Below are positions 12,670 to 25,400 of a stretch of 64,000 nucleotides of DNA, piece after piece. The DNA is from Zygnema circumcarinatum SAG 698-1b. Taxonomy: Eukaryota > Plantae > Zygnematophyceae. Both the position numbers and the translations under genes were made by a program. The stretch covers positions 1,612,001-1,676,000 of the forward strand of contig CM074806.1 of NCBI GenBank assembly GCA_037447605.1. Reading direction: 5' to 3'. How positions within the stretch are numbered: the stretch's first letter is position 1; each line of letters opens with the position of its first letter. The notes below the pieces were generated by a model that made no database searches, had not been told where the DNA came from, and saw only the letters and a program-made list of their open reading frames with translations.

Positions 12670-15667
12670 ATGGCGTTGGTGGACGGGTAAGCCTTCTTCT
12701 GAGGGCTAACCGTGCTGCTGCTTTGCTGATGTTACTCGCTGCTGACGTCGGGGGTGTGGGCGTATTGACACGCAACTGTGGGAATGTGGATGGAACGCAG
12801 GAAGTCTGTGCGTTTGAGTGCTTTCGAGAATGGCCTGCATAGAGGAGCTTCCCCTTCTTTTGATACCTGCATATTCGGTCGGTGAAACTCTTCCCATCCA
12901 CTTAATGTGATCTGTTGAAACGAGCCGGAGACTACTGCTGCAATGTACGCCTAAAATGATTTCTGCTTTGTTTTCTTGATTTATATCCGTTGAAATACAG
13001 CTTTGGTAGCAAAAATGCATGATTGCTATTACATTCTGTCTGCAGATCTCGATGACACTCTTTATCCGCTTAGCACGGGGATTGCAGCAGCATGTCGGAA
13101 AAACATCCGAGGTGCGTTAAGATTCTCGATCATCTGCTAATTTAACTGTAACGCAAAGCAAACACTGCGTGCTCAGATATGCTATCCCAAAACTATCTTA
13201 GTCAAAACATTACTGCAACGGAGAAGTTGTAGGATGCGGGCTATGGTAGGCATTCAAATTTCTTCCTGTGTGAAGGGGATATTGTAATTTCGCTTCATCT
13301 CTAAGTTTGAAACGGTTGCAGATTACATGACCGAGCGACTTGGTGTCGATCCTAATCACGTGGTGGAGTTCAACATGGAGCTATACACTGCATATGGGAC
13401 ATCCATGGCGGGCCTTCGGGTCAGTATTTAAATTTATATAAGACGAGCGATGCTTCATGATCGAGCTTTTTGCGATTATGGGCGATACTTTTTGCACTTA
13501 GATGCGATATGATGTGAAATGTAGGAAAATTGGCCTGGAGGAATTTAGCGATCTATTGCTTTTGGCAGTCGAAAGGACCTGCATCGATGATGTAAGGAGT
13601 GTTAACTTGTTGCTTATCTTAGTTGCGTCTAGCAACGAATTTGGTTGCTAGCCTTGTATGTTGGAATTGGTGATGACTCTGCTTTCTGCTGAAAAAGAGA
13701 AGCGTGAACCTTGCGTCAATATACTGCACACTATTGAATATGTGCTTTGAGGTATCTGAAGTTGGTGAAGGGATGGGTTGCTATTTGGCAGGCGAAGGGG
13801 TATTCGTTTGACTTCGATGACTGGCATGCGTAAGTATTTTCTCCCTTCAGTAGCGAATCGTTCTGGATAGTAGAGCAGTTTCTACGAACGGTTAGTACCT
13901 TGAGACAGCTCCCAGTGAACGTGGCCAAGTATATCGCTATAAGATCAACTTTTTCTTGCCACCAAAGCTCTTAACGAAGGCCAAGTGTTATAAAGTTCTG
14001 ACGGTGTCCGAAGCTGATGGCAGATATTCCCTTTTTTCTTGACAGCTATGTGCATGGACGTCTGCCATACGAGGTGCTGAATTACGATCCGGTTCTTAAA
14101 GGCATCCTCCATAATATGCCTCAGAGAAAAATTGTAGGGACTCTTCGACCTCTAAATCCAACCCTTGGTTAAGGAGGTCTTAATAAACATCGAACATTGT
14201 GTCATATACTTCGGTATAATGGTCAGGGGCGAGGCAGCTGGTGGATGAGCTTTGCTGAATAAGTACGTGGTTTTTATAAGTATAGTTAGCGTACAAAGGG
14301 AAGTTCGTTGCATTGTACCACCGTCCAATGGTTATTGCTGGTGATAGTAGATTTGCTATCGTTGTGGCTCTCTGATTTTGTGGTGAATTGGCAGGTCTTT
14401 ACGAATGGCGACCGCAAACACGCAGCCAAGGTCCTAAAGGCCCTGGGGTTGGAAAACTCTTTTGAACTTGTTATTTGCTTCGAGGACCTTATGGAACAAC
14501 CTCCTCTTTCACATTACCCATATGAAGCACTAAAGACTGCATTAACGTCAGATCTTGTTAGTGAGAGTTGGATCGGTTCAGGTGGGGCACTGATATGCTG
14601 TAAGCCTCAACCGGAGGCATTCTTGAGAGCACTATCCCTTGCGAAAGCAAACCCTGCTCGAACGGTAAGGCAACTTCCAAGTGGTTCTTCAAAGAGCAAT
14701 TTTCTTATTTACGTCTAACAAGATGCGCTGCTCTGCACGGTGCGCCTGTGTATGAAGATTAGCTTAAGTATTTTTTTGTCTTTGATGCTTATGGCGAAGT
14801 ATTTCCAAGAGGGAAACTGATATGCTGATTTTTTTCCACTCTGGCAATTGACTTTTCAGCTTAATTCAAGCTGACGTCACAGAATAGAATTGCATCTTGG
14901 TGAATCATAGACCAGTCCATTGTTAGGATTCCTTTAACTCCAGTGAGATCCTTTAGTTCATGCTCACTCTCTTCAAAAAGTTAAGTGAAGCTGTGAAGCC
15001 ATTTACGTCCGTGTCCTACGAGACGCCTGCTGGACTGAGACTGCATCTTAATTCCAGTGAAGCTGTAGGAGCTACCCTCTGCCTCAGCGTGTGTGTACAA
15101 GCTGAAATTCCCTACATCAACCACATGGACTGTGGGAAGGCTCCCCTTCCTTGTTGAGAGACGGCTCTGCTGACGTGACCTATCACGTTTTTTGTGGCCT
15201 TGCAGATTTTCTTTGATGACAGTGCACGAAACATTGTTGGGGCAAAAGCAGTGGGACTTCATACTGTGTTGGTAAAGCCTATGGTACCTCATAGAGTCAG
15301 CAATCTCCTTTGTGCTTCTCTTCTGCGTCTGCTTTTGGAAACTACGGATGCCGCCATCCGTAGTTTGTCAAGCTGAGAGGATCATCTGTCTGACACGAAT
15401 TCTGGGTCGCATCATTGACAAGTTGCTACTTTGCAGCTGCTTGCCAGAGCCAAGCAGGCATATCTCTTTTACAAAAGGTTTGGTTGTAACCTCATCCGCT
15501 AGCCATTTTCTGCTTTGCAGGTTGGAACATCTGTACGAACGGCAGGGGCGGACTGGGCTATTGAGTCCATTCATAATGTGCGAGAGGCTATTCCTGAGCT
15601 ATGGCATCCAATTGGTCCACTGGATGAAGGCGTCTTTACTAGCAGCGCTGTTGTGGTGAACGCATGA
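12670..15667 (+). CDS. HAD-superfamily hydrolase, pyrimidine 5'-nucleotidase/SDT1-like
   Basis: Exons at 12670-12686, 12843-12877, ~13046-13111, ~13321-13420, ~13791-13828, ~14046-14133, ~14395-14664, ~15207-15271 and ~15522-15667 splice to MALVDGGASPSFDTCIFDLDDTLYP...YVHGRLPY...VFTNGD...CKP...FFDDSARNI. HAD motifs I-IV are present. Confidence 0.93.
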
Positions 15668-16693
15668 ACTGCCGATGGGTGTTCGGCTTCAACCACAAAC
15701 TCATGGCTGTGTGTACAGAGAAGAGAATCTTCACTCACTCGATCCTTTTCGAATTCATTTATTGTATTGTAACAAAATTATTAGCTTTATGATTTTTCCG
15801 AGCTTTTTTCTTGTTTGTAAGTGGTAGCCACTTTGAGCATAGCAGTGGATGCATCAGTCGGAAGGTGACGATTTCAACTTAGCATTTCGAATGCCAGCGG
15901 ACTTTACCCAGAGAAAGTAAGAGAGACTCTCTTACTCTCTACCATTAGAGAGTAAGATTTTGCAAGGGATTTTGTGAGTCGTCAGGAGTGAAGTAGTTGA
16001 TCATGTGTAGTGTTGGAAAGGAGAAGCACCGCAGTTCAGGGTCCTGTGGTCTTGTTGGTACCAGGACCCGCTCCTGCCTGCATTCGGAAATTTTTTACTG
16101 ATAATAATATTGTGGAATGAATTATGAGTTAAAATAACTGTCATTCGAATGAATGATTGGTATGGTGGCTGTTTCAATCTTTTTCTGAACATTTGAACGC
16201 GTTTTTTGGGCAAAATTGTTTCTTGTCTCAAACTGAATTACTCAGATTGAACATGAGATTCAGAAACTTCGATTTTTTTCCAGTTGAAAGTTTGAACTTA
16301 CATCGCAGGTGTTTCAAATGTTCAAAGAGTGAAAGTAACAATAATCTCACGATGGCAAGGCCTTCAAATGTACATGGATAAAATCAACATGGGGAACCAA
16401 AGGAAGCGGTCACAAAGGACCTTAGGACAAAGAGCAAAGCCAGTACACGGAAAACTACTTCTAGGCTCAACAAGACGGCACTAGAAGCAGCCGCGTTCAA
16501 ACGGTGCACTCGCACTTGAGGATTCCACCATACTGTATTGCGAATCACGATTCAAACAACGGAGCCGTAAACCTAGATTTAATAACATATTTGTCAAACA
16601 TTATTCACAGTAAATGGCCACTCTGGTCAATTCCAAATTCCAATTCCAATTCCAAATGTGGTAAATCGAAGACCTTCAAATTTCTGCAATGGC

Positions 16694-17403
16694 TCAAAGA
16701 TCATCAAAAGAGGCGTGTGGACCAGAACAGCAGCCCGGAGCGGTGGCAGAGAGGGCGCCACAGCAGTCCCAAAAGCGGAGGAGGCCAGTACCTAGAACGG
16801 CTGCGAGTTGATGTTCTTGGGCTTCACTTTGCCTAACAAAGCCGACAGCCTTCCCTCTCTCACCACCTGTGTACAAAGCAGTGTGATACCTGCACCAAAG
16901 AGCCCTGTCAGTGTCTGCAACCATGTCATTCTTACTAGAGCATTCAAAGGATTCTATCAACAGAATGTGCAAACTGCATATTCACCCATGCCAAGCGAGC
17001 AATTGCAAAAGACATAATCAAATATGCGCACTTTAGAGAGCAGTTACAACCGTGAACAAAAACGTAATCCCCTGTATCTCGCTCGAGGCCTAACAAAACA
17101 GCATTCATTCTATGTTTCCCAAAATGGAATAACAGTATGTACTCCTGCTTCGAAGTTGGATGACAAGGACCATGGTTTTCCACTAGGTTTCTTTTACGCA
17201 ACTGCAGCAACGTGCCTGCACAATGCGCCGGTGTTGTTCTCGGGATCGAATGTACTCCCACATCTGCGGCAAGTAGCTGTGAGGGAGCTCCGAGCCGCCA
17301 GTGCCCTCCTGCAGGGCCTCTCGCCAGGCCGTGCAGGATGCAGGCCGCCGCCCCGCCCTCCCCACGCGGCGGCCCCGAGCACGCGAGCTGCTGCGGCAGC
17401 CAT
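16694..17403 (-). CDS. Small Cys/His-rich putative zinc-binding protein with an Ala/Arg-rich transit-peptide-like N-terminus (2 exons)
   Basis: Exon 1 (17216-17403) MAAAAARVLG...CRRCGSTFDPENNTGALC(R) plus exon 2 (16694-16889) YHTALY...FWDCCGALSATAPGCCSGPHASFDDL*. The pattern CxxC...CRYH...WxCC...GC...H resembles a Btk-type zinc motif, and the exon phases agree (2+1). Confidence 0.8.
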
Positions 17404-18245
17404 TAGCGCACAGGCCGGGCCGGGGCGGGGCCGTGCTCTCTGCCAACGGCGCTGCGCTCTTGCAGAACAGGTACTTTTTATTTCACTCTCCCTCTCACAA
17501 ATGCAAGTAAGCGTGTACTCGCTTCGGATTGGAGATGCACAATGAATGTTCGACTTTTATCTCGTCCCTCCCTACGATGGCGGTGGTTTGCCCCGCGAGT
17601 CGTTCTCAGGCTGAGCTTTGCTTGAAGAAGGAAAATTGAGAGAGAGAATTGGCGCTGCTCTCGCGATGGCGACGCAATTAGATGGACATCGACAAAGGGG
17701 AGCCAGTATGAACTGGTCGCGAAAAAGCTTAATGATCGTTTCGGTCAAACAGGAAGGAGGAGGCACACTCCTCTCAGACACTGAACTCGCAGAACTTGTA
17801 AGGCTGAACCTGCTACAGCCAGAGACAGCTTCAGGAGCAGCGCGCATACATGAAGATCGAACGAATTTGCATGATGGATTGCATTCACTGCAAATATTTG
17901 CTGCTGACTTTGGCTGTTTCGAAATATGAAGTCGCTGTTTACTTTTAAGTATTCCTAGTTTTCCATCTTAATGTTCTTGTTGTTGTTGTTGGTACATGAC
18001 ATTTGCGCCGTTGATGATGAAGCCTGAGATTGCAAGTGCTGTGGATAGCGAACGTCCTTCCCGAACACGGCCTGTCTGTTTGTCTGTCTGTCTGTCTGCC
18101 TCTGCCACCCGCCCATCATCGCTGCGAATGTAAACGTTTGCGTGGGAGACGCGCTGAGAGGTCCCCGCGAACAGCACCACCGTCCGAAGCTCGCGTGCGC
18201 CGCACACGTCTCTCGCAGGATGCCGTCCGTCATCATACATGCATG

Positions 18246-18362
18246 CATGCCCTCATGCCCTCATGGATGCCCTCATCCCCTCATGCCCTCATGTCATGCC
18301 CGCATGCCCTCATGGATGCCCTCATGCCCTCATGGATGCCCTCATGCCCTCATGCCCTCATC
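18246..18362 (+). repeat. Minisatellite of ATGCCCTC units with GGAT insertions
   Basis: About a dozen imperfect 8-bp units, with the higher-order unit ATGCCCTCATGGATGCCCTC repeated. Confidence 0.9.
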
Positions 18363-19427
18363 GCCTCGTGACCCATGCACGCGCGCCCTCACGCCATGGC
18401 GTCGAGGGGAAGCGGCGAGCAGCACCGCGCCCTCATCCCCTCTCTCTTCGCGGAGGGAGGCCCCGAGTCCCCCGCGCGCTCTCCTCGGACCGTACGGCCC
18501 TTGCGATTATTCCCCGCCCGCTCGTTGGGACGCGCGGCCCTGGGCGGGGGCCGCCGTACGGACGCCGCCCTCGTCACGCGCCAATGAACGGCGCGGGATC
18601 CAACTTGCGTGCGACCTTCGTACGGCTTCGTACATCCCCGTACGGCACTGCACTGGCGCTAGGGCGGGCCCTAAAAGTGTGGGCGGAGGGCGCGCCGCAG
18701 TTGGCGCTGTACGGACGGGCCGCCCTCCCCGGCCGCCCGTGTGCCCCCGGCCTTCCTCCCTCCCTCCCTCCCGGGAGGAGGCTGACAGACAGGCCGACTG
18801 GGCTCGCCTGAAGCTGGGCCGGGTTGCTGGCGGCGTCGGGAAGGAAGGAAGGAAGGAAGCGCTGGGAGGGAGAGGGGAGGGGAGAGGAGAGGCAGCTGCG
18901 GGTTCTCTACCGCTGCAGGTATGCGGCGAGCAGGCGCAAACTGTCTGTCGCGAGGCGCATTAGCAGACGGGAGGACTTTCAGAGGCTGTTTCGTGTAGGG
19001 CTTGTCTGCAAGCTTCGTCTGCGGAGTAGTCGAAAGGTGAGAACTCATTTTTCGAAGAGCTTTAGTAGGGTTGTAGCTTGCCGCAAGTCATCATGGCGAA
19101 GGTGCTGCTTTTTGGGGATTGCAATTCATGGGAGGCAAATACTAGTGACACAGATGTAGGTGTTTAAACTTGAAGTCGTTGTTTGCTTTAAAGAGGTTGC
19201 GCACCAGAATTCTATATTTTCCAGGCTTAAGTCAAGTGCTAAATAGTGAATGCCTCTAAGGAGGGCAAGCTCGTTTTTGGACAAAGCAGGTCATTTACAC
19301 AGTGATAATGTGAAAAGTGGACTTAGATACATGAGCATCCCGTTGTAGCAGGATCGGAATGCAGCTAAAGCTCACAAACTACTTAATCATGGGAGTATGC
19401 TCATAGAATTTTTTTTCTCTGACACGC

Positions 19428-22400
19428 ATGGGGTTTGTGAGATGGATGGCAGTAGCTGGGATGGGCATCCAGAGAAGTGTATGTCATGGAAATCATTTGG
19501 AAATTGCGTATTTCCTGAACATTTTGAGACTAGGCTTCGTAACACTCCTTTTGTCCACAGCAAGTTCATTGCAATTGGATGAAAAGTTGGGCCATCAACG
19601 TCAGCAAGGAGAAAAGATACCTACTTCGTCTCGTCCAAATTCCGCAAAGGATAGCTCAGGAGTAGTGCCTTGCAATGAGTCCTCCTGGGCATGCACTGAT
19701 GAAGAACAGGGAAAGGAGACAAGCAATGCGGAGAAGGCAGAGACTGATTCATCTGAGGAGGTGTCAAAGGACATTGAGGATGCTAAGTATGCAGTCAGCA
19801 GCAACTCAGGATATTACGCAGGCCACGGTGACTCGCAATCCAATTCAGGCAAGAGGGGTCGGCGAAGGAGCGCTGGGAGCAGGCAGAGAGATTCAGCTTC
19901 GAAGGTAACCTCAGGGGAGGCAGGAGACTTGGAAAGCAGCAAGTCTGGACCGAGCTCGAGAGGGTTGGGACAGGGTTTCGTCGCAGGCGATGCGTCAGAG
20001 AATTTTTTTCAGGACTCGCCGGCGGACACATCACAAGACGGAGAGTTCACCTGGGCCACTGCATTGCGTTTTCAGGCTGGGAAGTCAGAGTCTTCAACAA
20101 TGAATGTAACTGTGCTACCAGCCTTCCTAGATTGGAAGAGGCAGCCTGTTTGCTTGCCCGTTGCCACCTCCTTCGTCATCATAAACACGTCAAACGATAC
20201 GAGCCTTGCTGTTGAATCGATTTCCACGAACGACATTCAATTCTATCCTGCAGACTTTCGTCAGACACTGGTGCCTCCAAATGGACGGATGCTCGTTTCA
20301 ATGCTCTACCTTCCCCGTTTTCTTGGTACTGCAGAGGGAACACTCCTCCTCGGGACATCTGCTGGCAGAATCGCTATGCAAATGCATGGACGTGGTGTGC
20401 CCTCTATGTTCAACCTGGAGCCTTTGGTGGGTGTCAACGTTCCTGCGGGCAGGATTTCTAGTTACAGGATTTCCCTTTATAATCCTTTCGACGCACATTT
20501 GCAGGTCGTTGAAGCGCAAACCCATGAAGATTTTTTCTCTCTTCACCTCCCACGCGATGCTGCATTCGAGCAAGATAGTTCAAAGGACATTCGTCAGGAG
20601 GAGAAGCAAGAGGGACACGGCAGACAAGAAGGGGTTGCAAAACTGTTTCTGCAAGGTCCCACTCCACTGTGGGAGTTAGGTAGTCATGAGAGTCGCCCGA
20701 TCCTTGACATAAAATTCACTGGTGATTCGATTGGACGTTATGTAGGTGTAATCAGGCTGCACATAAAGCATCCTCAGATGGGCCTTCAGGTTCTGATGGT
20801 TCCGGTAGAAATTAATGCTGTAGGCGAAGGCTTGCACTTGGCTCCCAGGGAAATTTCCTTTGGCACGTTGACGAATCCAGATCAGACAGTGGTTCGTCAG
20901 GTGAATCTTATTAACACAGGAAGCAGCCCTGTCATGGTGGAGGAAGTGGTGAGTTTGGCTGCAGATCCAAATCTGGTGGAAGTGAAGTTTGAAAGGGGTC
21001 TAATTCTGCAACCTGGCATGATGATGTTAGCAGTGGAGCTGATATATGTGGGCGGCCACGAGACGATTCCAACTCAATTTCCTGATGCAGACTTTGCTGG
21101 TTCAGTCTTGGCTGATGCATGGTGGCAGGAGGGGCGGGTGGAAGTTAGGACCAATTGCAGTATTTCTCCCCACCTGGAGATAGTCTACACTGCAAGGGTA
21201 ATGCACGGCTATTTTGCTCTTATTCCAGGGGATAGCAACATCTTTTTGTTGACTCAATATGTGCCCTGGGCCCTCCCGGGTAGTGCAGGCTTGGAAGATG
21301 GGGACAGTCTTGAGCAGGTGAAGGGGGAGGAGTCAAAGTCCATTCCTGTCATAGCTCAGAGCATGGCCATAGTGAACCATTATGCCACACCGCTGCTCAT
21401 CTACTCCGTCATCCCTTCAGATTCTCGGTTTGTCGTGTTTGGGTTTGTAAGCGGTGTTCCCATAGCACCCGGAGTTGCCACTGCGCCATTTGAGATTCGC
21501 CTTAATCCTGTTGCACTGCCGACGATGCCCCTTGTAGCCCACCTGCTGGTTTCTTCCAATTTGTCGGAGATGGTTATACCACTGCATGTGCATTCGGGAA
21601 AATTACATTTTGCTCTCCCTGGTGAAGCGAATGCAGACTTGAAGAAGTTGGGCCGCATTCTGAATCTTGACCTTGGCCTTGTCTCTGTGGGTCATACACT
21701 TCAGCGAGGGTTCAATGTGACCAATGTTGCTCCCAAAGCGGTCGCAATCACTGCTATTAGCTGCACTCTCCCGGAGCTTGTCCTCCAACTGGACAGTGTA
21801 TGGGACCATTTCGGAAACCTGGTGGGAGGGCTGGCGGCAGCAGAATATGCTGACATACGACTTTGGAAAGGCTCTATTACTGTGCCTTTAAACAAGGGGG
21901 GAGGAAAGAAAACAGGGAAGGCAAGCAGCAAAGCCAACAAGAAAAGGAGCAAGTCGTCATCTGTAGCACCTGTGGTTTATCTGCAGCCAGGACAGACGGC
22001 CGTGTTCGGTGCTCAGGTTACCCCAACGGAGGCAGATTTGAAGACGGGGATGATAGAGATGAAGACACCCTATGAGACGCGAACAATAAGTGTGCAGTAT
22101 GAGAGTCTGATGGGTGCTGTTGCCCTCTCTCCTTCTCCTCTGATATTCCCGCCCTCTTTCCCGGGCCGTCTCCTGCGAAAGCGCCTGTATGCTACAAGCA
22201 CTTTCTCTCGCCCAGTCAACCTTTCCAGCCTCATTTCATCAGACGTGCGAATTGTTCCTGAATTGACAGTCACTCAGTTGCCACCTGGAGTGAAGACTGA
22301 GATTGGCAGTGTGGTATTTGATCCCGCACGTGGCCCAGTGGAAGACAACTACATGCTTGGGTGCTTCGGTGCAGCGGCGGGTGGAGTGGTGCAGGGTAAT

Positions 22401-25400
22401 AGACCTGGAAACAATCAGGGAAAGAAAGGGAATTGTGACGCTGCCTGCAGGGGCCATGGCGTAGAGAAAACATGTGGATGGGGGCCGCATGTGAGGGAGG
22501 TGGAAGAACAGGCTGCATGGAGGAGAGAGGAAGTGTGGCTACGATTGCGAGCTGAAGGCCAAATTGATGTGGAGGCTTCCTTGGCTTTGCAAACCTCACT
22601 AGTAAGCAACTGGGTCGTATCAGTGAAGACTTCTCTAAGCCGGCCGCAGGTGATTGCTGATCCTGCAGGACTCAACTTTTCCAGAGTGCAAGTCGGCAGT
22701 GCAATGATGCAGCCAGTACGAGTGACCAACCCTAGTGACGGACCTGTACGGATGCAGCTTCTGGTGGGAACTGCAGTGGAGAGAAACTGCACCTGCAGGG
22801 AGGAGTTGCCGCAGAAAAAAGAGGTATCATCTGGAAGGGATGGTTGGCATGGGCTCAGGACAGTGAAGTCGGATAGCCCATTGTTTGCTCTGGCAGAAGG
22901 AGGAGTAACAGAGGTAGTAGTGCCGGCCAAAGGAGAGGCTGTTCTTGGACCTATTGCTTTCCAACCTGTGCGCTTGTGTAAGGTGGAAGGTGTGATTTAT
23001 GTTCGCAACAATTTAACTCGACTGGAGTCAGCACCATTAGTGGCAGAGGGAGGTTCTGGACATTTAGATTTTGAAGAAAGAGCAGGTCCAGGAAATGCAT
23101 TGCAGTTAAATGTATCTGCCATGCAACTTGGTCTGGAAGGCGATACAGACTTGGAGGTGCAGCGTTATCGGCTACAAGAAGAGGCTTCGCAAAAGGGTTG
23201 GCCTCGGCCAGTATTGCGGAAGCTAGTAGCCATTAACAGGGGCAATTTGCCACTTTTAGTAAGTAGTCTCAGCTTAGTAGCAGGGCGCGGAGACTGTCAG
23301 GGCCATGGCTTCAGCATCTCTCCCTGCCGCTCTTTCTCGTTGGCACCTGGACAGACTTTACCATTAGAACTGTCGTTCCGACCAGACTTTTCTGCCTCTC
23401 AGGTTGTGCAGGAACTTCGCGTTTCTACTTCGGCGGGTTTTGAGAGCTTCCAGCTTATAGCCCAATTCCCCCACGAGCTTCTCACTCTCTGCGTGGAGGC
23501 TGCCCCAAGTTCAACTGGAGATGCAATGCTGCGGAATCTTTGCCTATTGCTCCTCACCGCCCTCCTTGCTGTTATTACGAACTCACTACGTCGTGACTTT
23601 ACAGTGGCACCTTCACCATGGTTCTCTTCTGACTCTGCTGAAGCGTTTAGCACTTTAGGCAAGAAGGCGTTGGCCTCTACTGTGCTTCACACTAGACACC
23701 AACCGCAACCGATGAATACTGATAGTTTCTCAGATATTAAGTCCGCAGAGGTAATAGATTTGCAACTAAAATCGAGCAGATCTTTGGGGGAAGGGACTGA
23801 TAGCTGTGCAGATCGCCATTTAGATGCAGTCTTTGGCAAAAGCCGAAGCCTGGGAAGTGCCGAACAGTTTAACGTGACAGGGAGTTCGGAAGAAGTTCCA
23901 ACAGATCGCAAATCAAGCGGCTTTACATCTGTACAGCAACCTGCCGTAGGCCCCCTGGTCAAGTCCGAATCTTTGAACAACGTCAGTAGTAATAGTCGGG
24001 ATGGAGGAGTAGAAACGTCAGATGCGGTCAAGAGTACCGTAACAGAAAGCAATGTCTGCAAGGAATCAGTTCCCATAGAGTCAGTTGCTCTTAGTAAAGT
24101 GGAATCGTCCAAAGGTGGCAGTCCTATTAAAGGCAGAGGTCCGGAGAAAGGAAGCTCGGGTATTGGGACACAGCATTGGTCAGCAAAGCCTATGCGACAC
24201 GATGTGCAGAATGCTGGACCGGAAGTGGATGGCAGTGACTCTGTGAAACGTGAAGTGAAACAGGTGATGGCAGGGGATGCTCGACATTCTAGTCGATCTC
24301 CAAGAAAAGCAACTTTCAAGCAGGGCAGTCAGCATGTACATAAGCACGTAGCTGCCGAAGGGGAGGTAAAGGGAGCTGGTGGAGCTGCAGATATCTTCCG
24401 GCCAAAAAATGCCACTACATCAGTTACAGATGAGGCTGTGATGAGTCCCAGTACTGCTTTAGGTGCTGCAACCATAAACCCCAGTAGTATGGAAAAGGAG
24501 AGAAGGAGCAGAAAGAAAAAGCAGCGGCATGTAGCGATAGCAGAAACAGGAAAAGGAGACAGCCTATCTTTTAATGGGAACAGAGTGAAAGATGAGGCTT
24601 CCCCACCACCCTCTCCTGCTACTGCTGGAGGCATTGCCAGCCCTACGATACCTTCAAGCCCCACCCTGCGGCCTATTCGAACGCGAATGGCTGTTGCTTC
24701 TACTCCAACCCCTTTGCAAGCCTCTCTACCTATTTTTCCTAAAAATGCATCTCCTCCTTTTACATCTGTCTCAGGACCAGGAGGGGAAGGAGAACGTTTG
24801 TCTGTTTCGAAGATACTGGGAAAAGCTGGAGACAATGTAAGGTCGGGCTCATCGTTGGGCTTGTCAGCTTCTCCTACCGTAACTGTAAGCCTGTCAGAAG
24901 AAGGGCAGGGGAGAAGCCCGGTTCAGAGGGGCTACTCGCCATACTTAGATGTCCCAACCACAAGCCTGCGTCAGTTTCCGCATCCACGGGGCCGTGAGTT
25001 AAGTGCTACTACTGGTGGGGAGGATGTTCTTGGTGGCAAAGAGGTGACTGTGTCTGCAGCAGTGATGGGTTTAGCAAGTGGGGGTCGTAATCGAGGAAAT
25101 TTTCCCACATCAGGGAAAGGAAGTAGTGCTGTACCCACAGCAGCCGCTACTACAGATGCCCCTTCTGGTGGATTTAACACTAGTTGGCGAGCTATCTCCA
25201 GGCATGGGGGGGCCACGTTGGAGCAAAATGGCGAAAACGACTTGGCCCGAGTAGTTGGCAACAAGGACACCATCTCTGGAGTACAGGAACGACCAAATAA
25301 CTTGGTAGGAGATGAGTTGGAGTTAGCTAGACTGCTACAGTCTCCTGCAGAGGGGGAAAGGCTTGGTTTGAGGAGTGCCCAGGTTGCAGGAGGCTTTGAT

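Noticed and set aside
17955-19159. Long ORFs (e.g. 18142-18963) with MPSCPH repeats
   Set aside because: They are translations of the minisatellite and GC-rich promoter, with no recognisable domain.
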